62,896 bases of DNA from Bacteroidia bacterium (lineage in GTDB: Bacteria; Bacteroidota; Bacteroidia; UKL13-3), in NCBI GenBank assembly GCA_034676125.1, contig JAUCCO010000003.1, positions 1-62,896 of the forward strand. Direction: 5' to 3'. The translations under genes were made by a program, and so were the position numbers. A model generated the notes under the pieces. The model was not told the DNA's origin. It saw only the letters and a program-made list of their open reading frames with translations, and ran no database searches. Positions 39,085-49,205 of this stretch are shown here, piece by piece; positions within the stretch are counted from its first letter, which is position 1, and each line of letters starts with the position of its first letter.

Positions 39085-39222
39085 GTTGTATATTTTTCAG
39101 CCGCAACTTCATTATTCATCCTATAAATAAATATGATTTGGCACATATACAGCACATGATTTAAGTTATTTAAAATAATTTGATACATTATTCATAAACT
39201 CGCATAACTAATTTTTAAAATT

Positions 39223-40923
39223 ATGATTACAATAACCAAACGCAGATTTTTACCAGATAAAATCAAAATCACTTCGTGGGAAGTTTTAGCACCATTTTAT
39301 CATCAATTAGTTGATAGAGAAATTAACTCGAAACAGGAGTTAGAAGAATGGTTGAAAGACCGAAGCGAACTTGAAGCATATGTTAGCGAAGACCTTGCTT
39401 GGCGTTATGTTAAAATGACTTGTAATACCGAAGATAAGGAACTTGAAAATGCGTATTTATTTTTTGTAACAGAAATTGAACCGAAAATTTCGCCAATAAA
39501 CGATATGCTAAATCGTAAAATGATAGCAAGTAAATTTATTAAAGAATTAGACCACGAAAAATATTTTATTTACATACGCGGAATAGAAAAAGAAATAGAA
39601 ATTTTTAGGGATGATAACGTTCCGTTAATGGCCGAAATTGCTACCGAAAGTCAGAAGTATGGAAGTATTGTTGGTGGCCTTACCGTAGTAATTGATGGCA
39701 AAGAACTAACCTTACAACAAGCAGCTAATTTTATTAAAAGTCCTAACCGCGAAAAACGTGAAGAAGCCTTCAAAAAAATAAACGAAAAAAGATTAGCCCA
39801 TGCTAGAGAGCTTGACGAATTATTTAACAAATTGGTAAGTTTACGCCACCAAGTTGCCATTAATGCAGGCTTTGAAAACGTTAGGGATTACATGTTTGCA
39901 GCAATGGGTAGGTTTGATTACACCCCGCAAGATTGTTTTAATTTTCATACCGCAATACAACAAGAGGTAGTGCCTTTGGTAAAAGATTTTAACTTAAAAC
40001 GTGAGAAAGAATTAGGGTACAAACTTCGCCCTTGGGATTTAGAAGTTGATACAAAAAATAGAGAGGCATTAGAGCCATTTACAAGTGGTGCTGATTTGTT
40101 AGATAAAACAGTAAAATGTTTTCGCAAGATTGATGATTATTTTGCATGGTGCATAGAAACCATGGACAACATGAACCGTTTGGATTTAGAAAGCAGAAAA
40201 GGTAAAGCACCCGGTGGATACAATTATCCAATGGCAGAAACCAGCGTGCCTTTTATATTTATGAATGCAGCATCATCAACCAGAGATGTAGAAACAATGG
40301 TGCATGAAGGTGGCCATGCAGTACATTCATTTTTGAGTAAAGACTTAGATTTAGCTGCATTTAAAAATTGCCCAAGCGAAGTTGCTGAATTGGCAAGTAT
40401 GAGCATGGAATTAATTAGTTATGATGGGCAAGATGAATTTTATACAACACCTGAAGAACTAAACCGTGCAAAGGAAGAACACTTAGAAGGAATTATTAAA
40501 ATATTACCTTGGATTGCCACAATTGATAAGTTTCAGCATTGGATTTATAGCAACCCAAAACATACCATAGAAGAGCGTACCGCTTATTGGATGGAGTTAG
40601 GCAAAGAGTTTGGAACAGGCATGGTAGATTGGAGTGGATTTGAAAACGTACAAGCATACTCTTGGCAAAAACAATTACACCTTTACGAAGTGCCATTTTA
40701 TTATATAGAATATGGTATGGCACAACTTGGTGCATTGGGTGTTTGGCGCAATTTTTTACATGATAAAACCAAAGCCGTTGCACAATATAAAACAGCCTTA
40801 ACGTTGGGTTACACCAAACCTATTGGCGAAATTTATAAAGCAGCCGGAGTTGAGTTTAACTTTAGTGCAGATTACATTAAATCGTTAATGGCTTTTGTAA
40901 AACAAGAGTTGGCAAAATTATAA
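39223..40923 (+). CDS. M3 family oligoendopeptidase (PepF-like)
   Basis: RKGKAPGGY, HEGGH zinc motif, EVAELASMSME and HLYEVPFYYIEY. Confidence 0.92.
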   Translation: MITITKRRFLPDKIKITSWEVLAPFYHQLVDREINSKQELEEWLKDRSELEAYVSEDLAWRYVKMTCNTEDKELENAYLFFVTEIEPKISPINDMLNRKMIASKFIKELDHEKYFIYIRGIEKEIEIFRDDNVPLMAEIATESQKYGSIVGGLTVVIDGKELTLQQAANFIKSPNREKREEAFKKINEKRLAHARELDELFNKLVSLRHQVAINAGFENVRDYMFAAMGRFDYTPQDCFNFHTAIQQEVVPLVKDFNLKREKELGYKLRPWDLEVDTKNREALEPFTSGADLLDKTVKCFRKIDDYFAWCIETMDNMNRLDLESRKGKAPGGYNYPMAETSVPFIFMNAASSTRDVETMVHEGGHAVHSFLSKDLDLAAFKNCPSEVAELASMSMELISYDGQDEFYTTPEELNRAKEEHLEGIIKILPWIATIDKFQHWIYSNPKHTIEERTAYWMELGKEFGTGMVDWSGFENVQAYSWQKQLHLYEVPFYYIEYGMAQLGALGVWRNFLHDKTKAVAQYKTALTLGYTKPIGEIYKAAGVEFNFSADYIKSLMAFVKQELAKL

Positions 40924-40984
40924 AACTATACCACAAGCAATACTTTTACGATGTGTGGCTTGTGGTTAAATACTTCTAATAAAA

Positions 40985-41593
40985 ATGAAAATACTTTGTG
41001 TAGGAAGAAACTACAGCGAACATGCAAAAGAGCTTGGTAATGCAGTGCCAGAAAACCCTGTAATATTTAGCAAACCCGATACTGCATTATTAAAAAATGG
41101 TGACCCGTTTTATCATCCAGATTTTAGCAACGACATACACCATGAAATTGAATTGGTAATTAAAATTAGTAAAATGGGTAAAAAAATCGACCCAAAATTT
41201 GCTCGTAATTATTACAACGAAATTGCATTAGGAATTGATTTTACGGCACGCGATTTACAAACCAAACTTAAAGAAAAAGGTTTGCCTTGGGAGCTGGCTA
41301 AAGCTTTTGATGGTTCTGCTGTAATAGGAGATTTTACAGCTATTGATGGCAAAGACTTATCAAACATAAACTTTAGTTTAACTAAAAATGGCCAAACCGT
41401 GCAACAAGGAAATAGCGCACAAATGATTTTTAGTTTTGATGAAATAGTAAGTTTTGTTTCGCAGTATTTTACCTTAAAAGTAGGCGATTTAATTTACACT
41501 GGAACTCCCGCAGGAGTAAGCAAAATAAACATTGGAGATAAGTTGCAAGGTTATATTGAAGACCAAGCAGCTTTAACTTGCGAAGTAAAATAA
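40985..41593 (+). CDS. Fumarylacetoacetate hydrolase family protein
   Basis: CVGRNYSEH, FSKP, HHEIEL, DFTARDLQ, AKAFD and TGTPAGV. Confidence 0.93.
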   Translation: MKILCVGRNYSEHAKELGNAVPENPVIFSKPDTALLKNGDPFYHPDFSNDIHHEIELVIKISKMGKKIDPKFARNYYNEIALGIDFTARDLQTKLKEKGLPWELAKAFDGSAVIGDFTAIDGKDLSNINFSLTKNGQTVQQGNSAQMIFSFDEIVSFVSQYFTLKVGDLIYTGTPAGVSKINIGDKLQGYIEDQAALTCEVK

Positions 41594-43756
41594 CTAGGCA
41601 CAACGATTAGGGAGTGTAACATAAAAGGTAGTTCCTTTTCCAAGTTCACTCTCTACTCTTATCGTTCCATTATTACGTGCAACAAACTCTTTGCATAATA
41701 ACAAACCAAGTCCGGTTCCTTTTTCGCCATTTGTACCATAACCAACTTTAACTTTTTCGCTAAATAATAAAGCCAATGTTTCAGGTTTCATTCCAACACC
41801 AAAATCGGTTACCGAAAAAATAACTTCATTATTATTTTTAGTAGCATTAACTACTATTTTAGATTCTGGATTTGAAAATTTAATGGCGTTTGATAGTAGG
41901 TTTCTAATGATAATATCCAAATGGTCTTTATCAGCACATACCATAATATTATTAGCAACAGCGCTTGATAATAAAATACTTTTTTGACTAGCAAACTCTG
42001 TTAATAATGCTACGTTTTTATTAACAGAAACTGCCAAAGGCATTTCTACAACTACCGGCTTTGCATAGCCTTGCATGTGGCTTTTCGACCAGTTTAACAA
42101 GTTATCTAACACCAATGTTAACGACTTTAGCTGTTGTGTTAAATTACCTTTTAACGAGTTAAAATCTTCGGTAGTAATTAGCTTTTGGTTCATTAAATCC
42201 ATTACCCCTACTAATGCCGAAACGGGGCTTCTTAAATCATGCGATAAAATAGAAAACGTTTTATCTTTTAAAGTATTTAGTTCTTTAAGTTTTACCGATT
42301 GTATTTCAATTTCTTGCTTTTGTAACAAGGTTTTTTCTTTTAATCGTTTTTCTTTGTTTCTTATTCCGTTAATATAAAATAATGCAATAACCATTACCAA
42401 TGCCAATGCAACTAATGATAATACAATAATAGTTTGTTGTTGGTTAATACCTGCTTGTATAAATTTATCTTTTTCTAGTAACTCAATTTCTTTTTCTTTT
42501 TTATCGAGTGCATAAATATATTCAACCTCATGTACTTTTATATTCGACTCATCATTTATAAGGCTATCTTTTAATATAATAGACTCATGTAAAAACTTAT
42601 TTGCTTTGATAAAATCATTTTGTAACTCATAAATCTCTGCTAGTAAATTGGCGGCCTCGTGTATCCTAAGTGTTTTACCCAATATTTTTGCTTCATTATA
42701 ACCCAAAGTTGAGTTAGTTAAAGCTAGGCCAATTTTATGTTGTTTTAAATAAGCTCGCCCCAACCCCAAATAACTCATTACTAAACCTTCCAAGTCATTA
42801 CTCGTTTTTGCAAATGATAGTGATTTTTGGTAACTATGTATTGCTTTTTCGTAAAGTCCTGTAATAATTGCAGCCTGACCAACATTTACATATGCAATTG
42901 CTTCTGAACTTATCGAGTTCATTTCCATTGCAATGGCCAATGCTTTTTCATAGTAATCTAATGCAATTTTAGGTTGCATGCGGTGTGTATGTATTGCACC
43001 AAAAGTTATATAACATTGAAAAACACCATCTTTATTCCCTAATATTTTATACCAATTAAATGCAATTTCATTATACTTATAAGACAAATCATATTTTGAT
43101 AACAAAAAATAAATTGAAGCGATATTGGTGTAACTATTTGCAATGGCCGAGGTATCTGGCAATTGTTCTCGTATGGTTAATCCTTTAAGCAAATATTCAA
43201 GAGAGGTAGAGTACTTTCCTAAATCGGTGTAAATATTACCAATATTGTTATAGCTAGCTGCCACTCCAGCACTATCATTAACAATAATGCGTTTCTTTAA
43301 ACTCAATTCGTAATACATCAACGCACTTTTAAAATCACCCTGATTATGAAAAATCATCGCAATATTATTAAGTACTGCGCCTTCTCCTTTTATGTCTTTT
43401 ATTTCTCTAAAAATAGCAAGTGCTTCTCTACACTTCCCTATTGCTTCATTGCTAAAAGAATACATATATGAGCCAATTGCCCAAAAATTTAAAGCATGGG
43501 CTATTCCCTCTTTATAATTTAATTTTTTGGCTAAGTAATATGCTTCCTTGCTAAGTATAACGGTACTATCTGGCCTAATTTGATGATACCTATAAGCCAA
43601 TTCATTAAGTATATTAACCCTTATTGTGTCCTGATTTTTAAGGGAACTTAATTCACGACTAATTTTTTCAACCTCACTTTGTTGTGCAAATGCTTGAAAA
43701 GGTAAAATGAACAAACCAAAAACAATTGTTAAAGAAAGTATAATACGATTACACAT
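41594..43756 (-). CDS. TPR-repeat sensor histidine kinase (orphan)
   Basis: Signal peptide, TPRs (NNIAMIF...ALMYY; NNIGNIY...SLEYL), a TM helix, H-box SHDLRSP, NLLSNAIKFS, DFGVGM and GTGLGL. Confidence 0.92.
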   Translation of the reverse strand: MCNRIILSLTIVFGLFILPFQAFAQQSEVEKISRELSSLKNQDTIRVNILNELAYRYHQIRPDSTVILSKEAYYLAKKLNYKEGIAHALNFWAIGSYMYSFSNEAIGKCREALAIFREIKDIKGEGAVLNNIAMIFHNQGDFKSALMYYELSLKKRIIVNDSAGVAASYNNIGNIYTDLGKYSTSLEYLLKGLTIREQLPDTSAIANSYTNIASIYFLLSKYDLSYKYNEIAFNWYKILGNKDGVFQCYITFGAIHTHRMQPKIALDYYEKALAIAMEMNSISSEAIAYVNVGQAAIITGLYEKAIHSYQKSLSFAKTSNDLEGLVMSYLGLGRAYLKQHKIGLALTNSTLGYNEAKILGKTLRIHEAANLLAEIYELQNDFIKANKFLHESIILKDSLINDESNIKVHEVEYIYALDKKEKEIELLEKDKFIQAGINQQQTIIVLSLVALALVMVIALFYINGIRNKEKRLKEKTLLQKQEIEIQSVKLKELNTLKDKTFSILSHDLRSPVSALVGVMDLMNQKLITTEDFNSLKGNLTQQLKSLTLVLDNLLNWSKSHMQGYAKPVVVEMPLAVSVNKNVALLTEFASQKSILLSSAVANNIMVCADKDHLDIIIRNLLSNAIKFSNPESKIVVNATKNNNEVIFSVTDFGVGMKPETLALLFSEKVKVGYGTNGEKGTGLGLLLCKEFVARNNGTIRVESELGKGTTFYVTLPNRCA

Positions 43757-43871
43757 ATTAAATTAGGGTTAGGATAAAAAAGGGTAAATATTGAAACACA
43801 CCTAAATACAAATTAATAGTACACAAAAGCATATTTATTAGCATATTTGAAGTGAAAACAATTATACAACT

Positions 43872-45602
43872 TTGATTAAAATTTACAAGCATTTACTTTT
43901 AATAACCATAACATTTTTGTTAGCGGTATCAAATGTTTGGGCGCAACACTACCCTACTTCATACTTTGTTTCGCCAATGGATACTCCGTTATATTTAAGT
44001 GCACCTTTTGGTACGTTAAGGGATAACCATTTTCATAGTGGTATGGATATAAGAACTTACGAAAAAGAAGGACTACCAATTTATGCAGTAGCTGATGGTT
44101 ATGTATCGCGAATTAAAGTATCTGCTTTTGGCTATGGAAAGGCCATTTATATCGACCATCCTAATGGTTACACAAGTGTTTATGGCCACATGCAAAAATA
44201 CGATGGCGATTTAGCTGTTTATGTAAAAAAAGTGCATTACCATGAAAAAAGTTTTGAAATAGACCATTTTCCTGGTCGAAATAAAATTAAAATAACCAAA
44301 GGACAACTTATTGGCTACAGCGGAAACAGTGGTGGAAGTACAGGCCCACATTTACATTTTGAAATTAGAGACACCCAAAAAGAAGAACCTTTAAATCCGC
44401 AGTTATTTAATATTTTAGGGGTTGATTTTTATGAGCCTGAAATAAAACGATTAGTGGTTTATGATTTAAATAACTACAAACCAATTATTCAACAAAACTT
44501 ACCAATAAACGAAAGAAATAGTATTAAAACAGATAGTGGTATTGTATTAATAGATACCATAATGGTTTCAAAAGGAGCTATTGCTTTTGGAATTGAAGCA
44601 TATGATTATTTATTAAACGAGAAAAAAGCTTACAGTATTTATTGCAGTGATTTTTATTGGAACCAAAAGAAATATTTTACTTTTAGAATGGATAGGCTAA
44701 ACTTTTCTGAAACTAAATTTATAAATGCACACATTGATTACGAGCTTTATAAAAGAGAAGGATACCGTGTACAAAAATGTTTTTTAGATGACGGAAATCG
44801 TGCACAAATTTATCCATTTATGCGAAATAAGGGTGTTATAAACCTAGAAGATACTTTAGTGCATACAGCACAGTTTTGTGTAGGAGATTTTGATGGTAGA
44901 ATAAAAACATTTTATGCCAAAGTTAAATCAAACAACAGTGTAGTTACTGCTGAAACACCTTGTAACGACAAAGTTTTTTACCCCAATATAAATAACACCA
45001 TAAACGAAGAGCTACTTAGAATAACATTACCTAAAAATGCGATTTACGATACCCTTTATCCATGTTTAATAACCACAAATCCAAACATAAAAGGAACACT
45101 TTCTTTGGCATACCAAGTGCATACACCAAATACACCTTTACAAAAGCCATTAACCATTGCTATACAAGTTGACACATTAAATATTCCTTCATCAAAATTA
45201 TTATTAGCAAGTGTAAGAAATAACAAATATTTAAGCGGTGCAGGTGGCAATTATAAGGATGGTTGGGTAACTTTACACACCAGCAATTTTGGAACCTACA
45301 CAGTTGTTGCAGACTCTACTCCACCAACAATAAAAGTACTTGGTTTAAATAGGGCAAATCAATTTAACGATACCACTAAATTTCAGGTTAAAATTAACGA
45401 TAACATGAGCGGCATTGCAAGCTATAATGGTTACCTAAACGGCCAATGGATTTTGCTTGATTATGATGCAAAAAACGACTTGTTACAATTTGATTTTGAT
45501 GAAACAACTTTGTTTAACCAAAAACAAGAATTGCAAATAATTGTTACTGATAAAAAAGAAAATACAACCACTTGGAAAAGTGAAGTAACTTTTAAAAAGT
45601 AA
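43872..45602 (+). CDS. M23 family metallopeptidase with long C-terminal extension
   Basis: HFHSGMDIR (HxxxD), YGHM and GNSGGSTGPHLHFEIR (HxH). Confidence 0.9.
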   Translation: MIKIYKHLLLITITFLLAVSNVWAQHYPTSYFVSPMDTPLYLSAPFGTLRDNHFHSGMDIRTYEKEGLPIYAVADGYVSRIKVSAFGYGKAIYIDHPNGYTSVYGHMQKYDGDLAVYVKKVHYHEKSFEIDHFPGRNKIKITKGQLIGYSGNSGGSTGPHLHFEIRDTQKEEPLNPQLFNILGVDFYEPEIKRLVVYDLNNYKPIIQQNLPINERNSIKTDSGIVLIDTIMVSKGAIAFGIEAYDYLLNEKKAYSIYCSDFYWNQKKYFTFRMDRLNFSETKFINAHIDYELYKREGYRVQKCFLDDGNRAQIYPFMRNKGVINLEDTLVHTAQFCVGDFDGRIKTFYAKVKSNNSVVTAETPCNDKVFYPNINNTINEELLRITLPKNAIYDTLYPCLITTNPNIKGTLSLAYQVHTPNTPLQKPLTIAIQVDTLNIPSSKLLLASVRNNKYLSGAGGNYKDGWVTLHTSNFGTYTVVADSTPPTIKVLGLNRANQFNDTTKFQVKINDNMSGIASYNGYLNGQWILLDYDAKNDLLQFDFDETTLFNQKQELQIIVTDKKENTTTWKSEVTFKK

Positions 45603-45630
45603 ACATTACTAAACAACTAAATTTAACACA

Positions 45631-46080
45631 ATGGCATTATTACAACAAGGCGATAAAGCACCTGCATTTAAAGGCATAAACCAACATGGCGAACCCGTAA
45701 AACTTACTGATTACAAAGGCAAAAAACTGGTATTATACTTCTATCCAAAAGATAGCACCCCTGGATGCACAGCCGAAGCCTGCGACTTACGCGACAATTA
45801 CCACCAATTTATTGCAAATGGATATGAGATTTTAGGTGTAAGTCCTGATAGTGCAAAATCGCATATTAAATTTATTGAGAAATATGAATTGCCTTTTAGT
45901 TTATTAGCTGATGAAGACCATAGTATTGCCGAAGCATTTGGCGCATGGGGCGAAAAAAGCATGTACGGCAAAAAATACATGGGAATTTTACGTAGCACTT
46001 TTGTGATTGATGAAAAAGGCAAAATTGAAAAAGTAATAGAAAAAGTAAATACCAAAGCACATACACAACAACTTTTGTAA
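45631..46080 (+). CDS. bcp: Thioredoxin-dependent thiol peroxidase (BCP/PrxQ)
   Basis: YFYPKDSTPGCTAEAC, GVSPD and RSTFVID. Confidence 0.95.
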   Translation: MALLQQGDKAPAFKGINQHGEPVKLTDYKGKKLVLYFYPKDSTPGCTAEACDLRDNYHQFIANGYEILGVSPDSAKSHIKFIEKYELPFSLLADEDHSIAEAFGAWGEKSMYGKKYMGILRSTFVIDEKGKIEKVIEKVNTKAHTQQLL

Positions 46081-46114
46081 TAAATTGATAAAACTTTATA
46101 GGTAGAAGTAATTT

Positions 46115-46261
46115 AACCCAAATTACGCATGCGAAATGCATAATCGATAAAGAAACTGTAAATCAGTTTTATGCAAAACTGCTAACATTTTCTTTATTGG
46201 GATTACCCCAACTAAATCAAGTAGTTCGACTTTTCAAATCTGCTATTGATTAATTTGGGTT
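46115..46261. other. Predicted multi-stem structured intergenic element
   Basis: An 11-bp perfect closing stem AACCCAAATTA/TAATTTGGGTT encloses further stems (see findings). Confidence 0.4.
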
Positions 46262-46322
46262 TAACATTGCCACTGCATGTATATTTAAAAAGGTTGTGTA
46301 CTTTCGCCACACAATTTTTATT

Positions 46323-46628
46323 ATGGATATCAATACAAAAAAATCAGTAAATCGTTTTAGACAAGTGGCCGTTTTAGAAGGCTGGAGTTACATACTTTTA
46401 TTATTTGTGGCAATGCCTTTAAAGTATGGTTTTGATATGCCTTTGTTTGTTAAATACTTGGGCTGGGCACATGGTGCATTGTTTGTAGTTTATGTATTTA
46501 CCTTATTGCAAGCAACCATAAATGCTAAATGGGGTTTTGGTAAATTTGTTTGGGCTGGAGTAGCTTCTCTTATTCCTTTTGGAACTTTTATTTTAGACAA
46601 GCAACTAAAGAAAGAATTAGAAATGTGA
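46323..46628 (+). CDS. DUF3817 family small membrane protein
   Basis: FRQVAVLEGWSYILLLFVAMPLKY, GWAHGALF and SLIPFGTF. I prefer the ATG at 46323. Confidence 0.85.
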   Translation: MDINTKKSVNRFRQVAVLEGWSYILLLFVAMPLKYGFDMPLFVKYLGWAHGALFVVYVFTLLQATINAKWGFGKFVWAGVASLIPFGTFILDKQLKKELEM

Positions 46629-47792
46629 TTCTTTTTTCACACGCATCAAACCAAATAAAATGCGTAATGCTAAACGAATAATTACATAACTGCTCCATCT
46701 GCCAAATTGCAATATCCAATTTTTATTTTTTAAGAATTCTTCCTCTTTTACTGGTACGCAACCTGTTTGTATAAGCAGATTTAACATAGCCTCTGTATCT
46801 GCTGCAAACTGTTTGTTATACACTTCTACATTCGCTTCTAAACTTCCGTAATCGCTAAGTGCATTTAAGTTGTAGGAACCCACTGTAGTCCACACACCAT
46901 CAGCAGTTGCAATCTTACCATGTAACACAGATTTTTTCCATTCGTAAATGTTAATTTTATTGCGCAACATCCAATCATACAAATAAGTTGTGGCTGGTTT
47001 TATAAACGGAACATCAGAGTAAGATGACAATATAATGGTTACTTCCACTCCTCTTAACCTTGCTTCTTTAATAAGTTTTCGCATGCGCGTACCCAATAAA
47101 AAATAACTAGCTGCTATTATGATTGATTTTTCTGACTTACGAAAAGCTTGTCGGTAACTACGTGAAATTTCTATGCGCGAACGAAACCAATCATTTTTTC
47201 GTAAACGAGAAGTATGGGGCAAATCATCTTTGTAAGTAACTTCGGGCATTAATCGGTAAATATTTTTTGTTAACCTATTTGGCAAAACTTCGTCACAAGC
47301 TTTTCTAATATCTTCACACAATTCACCTTCAATTTTCACAGCAAAATCAAGCCAAGGTGTTTGCCCATCCCAGCCACTATATTTATCTGCAATATTAATT
47401 CCACCAAGCAAAGCAGTATGCCCATCAACCCAAACTAATTTATGGTGCAACCTGCGGCCTAAGCCTAAACCCTTATTATTACGTATGGGCGAAAATCGTT
47501 TAATATAAATTCCGTAATTGGTAAATAAAGGAGTAACTTTTTGTGTAATTTGTTCGCTTCCAAAAGCATCAACCACAACAAAAACCGAAACGCCTCGCTT
47601 TACTGCAAGCTTAAGCTCTTCTAAAACCATTAAGCCAGTTTTATCTAAATCAAAAATATAAAACTGTAAATGCAGTACATATTTTGCTTCACGAATAAGG
47701 TTAAGCAGCAAATCAAAATAAGCATCACCACTATTAACTAGCGTAATGTTATTATTTGATAATTTAAGTACAGGTTTAAAAGGGTTGTGCAT
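46617..47792 (-). CDS. Cardiolipin synthase-like phospholipase D (ClsB type)
   Basis: Two HKD motifs (LHHKLVWVD, LHGKIATAD), GGINI and GSYNL. Confidence 0.9.
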   Translation of the reverse strand: MHNPFKPVLKLSNNNITLVNSGDAYFDLLLNLIREAKYVLHLQFYIFDLDKTGLMVLEELKLAVKRGVSVFVVVDAFGSEQITQKVTPLFTNYGIYIKRFSPIRNNKGLGLGRRLHHKLVWVDGHTALLGGINIADKYSGWDGQTPWLDFAVKIEGELCEDIRKACDEVLPNRLTKNIYRLMPEVTYKDDLPHTSRLRKNDWFRSRIEISRSYRQAFRKSEKSIIIAASYFLLGTRMRKLIKEARLRGVEVTIILSSYSDVPFIKPATTYLYDWMLRNKINIYEWKKSVLHGKIATADGVWTTVGSYNLNALSDYGSLEANVEVYNKQFAADTEAMLNLLIQTGCVPVKEEEFLKNKNWILQFGRWSSYVIIRLALRILFGLMRVKKESHF

Positions 47793-47885
47793 TAACAGTG
47801 CGAAGTTAAGCTACAATTAATGAAAAATATCATATATGGCTTGTATAAAAAATAAGTATTTTTCCGAAGTATTAAAAACAACAAA

Positions 47886-49166
47886 ATGCAATTTACAAAC
47901 ACATTTGTATCAGCTGATGAAGCTTTAAAATTTATCCAATCAAACCAACGCGTATTTTTACAAGGTAGTGCAGCTACTCCCGTGCATCTTATTAATAAAT
48001 TATTTGAACAAAAAAGCCGTTTACAAAATGTAGAATTAGTGAGCATTACCCAGCAAGGAGTTAATATGAACGACCCAAGTTTGGCAGGGCATTTTTTCAT
48101 GAATTCTTTGTTTGTTTCTGAATGTAATCGTAAGGCAGTAAATAGTGCGATGGGCGATTATGTGCCTGTATTTTTAAGTGAAATACCGTTGTTATTTAGA
48201 CGTGGTATTTTACCACTTGATGTTGCCATAGTTCATGTTTCGCCACCAGATAAACATGGTTATTGCTCTTTAGGCACATCGGTTGATACTGCACGAGCTG
48301 CGGTAGAAACTGCAAAAAAAGTGATTGCCCAAGTAAACCCAAAAATGCCGCGCGTGCATGGTGATGCTTTTGTACATTTTTCTAAATTTGATGCCGCAGT
48401 TTGGGTTGAAGATGATTTGCCTGAAGTGAGTTATGCTGATGGTGCTAACGAAATGACCAATAAAATCGGTGAAATTGTAGCTGAATTAGTTGATGATGGC
48501 GCAACACTACAATTAGGCATTGGCACTATTCCCGATTCGGTTTTAAAAAATTTAACCAACCATAAAAACCTAGGCATACATACCGAAATGTTTTCGGATG
48601 GTGTTATTCCATTAATTGAAAATGGAACAATAAATAACTCGTTAAAAAAGGTTGTGAATGGATATTGTGTAACTTCATTTATGTTAGGCACACGAAAATT
48701 GTACGATTTTGCTGATGATAATCCCATCATTAAAGCACTTGAGGTTAATTACGTAAACGACCCTCGAGTGCTATGTCAAAACCCAAAAGTTACCGCCATA
48801 AATAGTGCAATAGAAATTGATTTAACCGGACAAGTTTGTTCAGATTCAATTGGATCTTACCAATATTCAGGCATTGGCGGACAAATGGATTTTATTAGAG
48901 GAGCAGCTTTATCTGAAGGCGGAAAACCAATTATTGCAATTCCATCTGTTACGGCAAAAGGAATTTCGCGTATTGCGCCATATTTAAAAGAAGGTGCAGG
49001 AGTTGTAACTACCCGTGGCCACTTGCATTGGGTGGTTACCGAGTATGGCGCAGCAAATTTATTTGGTATGAATTTAGAACAACGCGCAAAAGCTTTAATT
49101 AAGTTAGCACATCCAGACCATAGAGAAATTTTAGAAAAAAGTGCTTTTGAGCGCTTTAAACATTAA
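47886..49166 (+). CDS. Acetyl-CoA hydrolase/CoA-transferase family (4-hydroxybutyrate CoA-transferase-like)
   Basis: LQLGIGTIP, HTEMFSDG, GIGGQMDFIRGA and VVTEYG. Confidence 0.92.
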   Translation: MQFTNTFVSADEALKFIQSNQRVFLQGSAATPVHLINKLFEQKSRLQNVELVSITQQGVNMNDPSLAGHFFMNSLFVSECNRKAVNSAMGDYVPVFLSEIPLLFRRGILPLDVAIVHVSPPDKHGYCSLGTSVDTARAAVETAKKVIAQVNPKMPRVHGDAFVHFSKFDAAVWVEDDLPEVSYADGANEMTNKIGEIVAELVDDGATLQLGIGTIPDSVLKNLTNHKNLGIHTEMFSDGVIPLIENGTINNSLKKVVNGYCVTSFMLGTRKLYDFADDNPIIKALEVNYVNDPRVLCQNPKVTAINSAIEIDLTGQVCSDSIGSYQYSGIGGQMDFIRGAALSEGGKPIIAIPSVTAKGISRIAPYLKEGAGVVTTRGHLHWVVTEYGAANLFGMNLEQRAKALIKLAHPDHREILEKSAFERFKH

Positions 49167-49205
49167 GAGTTTTATATATTGCATTTTTTATCCTAAACAA
49201 AAAAC

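Noticed and set aside
39085-39222. TnaC-like leader peptide upstream of tnaA
   Set aside because: The short ORFs present (MRVYE, MCCICAKSYLFIG) contain no Trp.
41585-41600. Abutting or overlapping convergent gene ends (FAH/kinase here; DUF3817/cls at 46617-46628)
   Set aside because: Common in compact genomes; no further evidence for antisense regulation.
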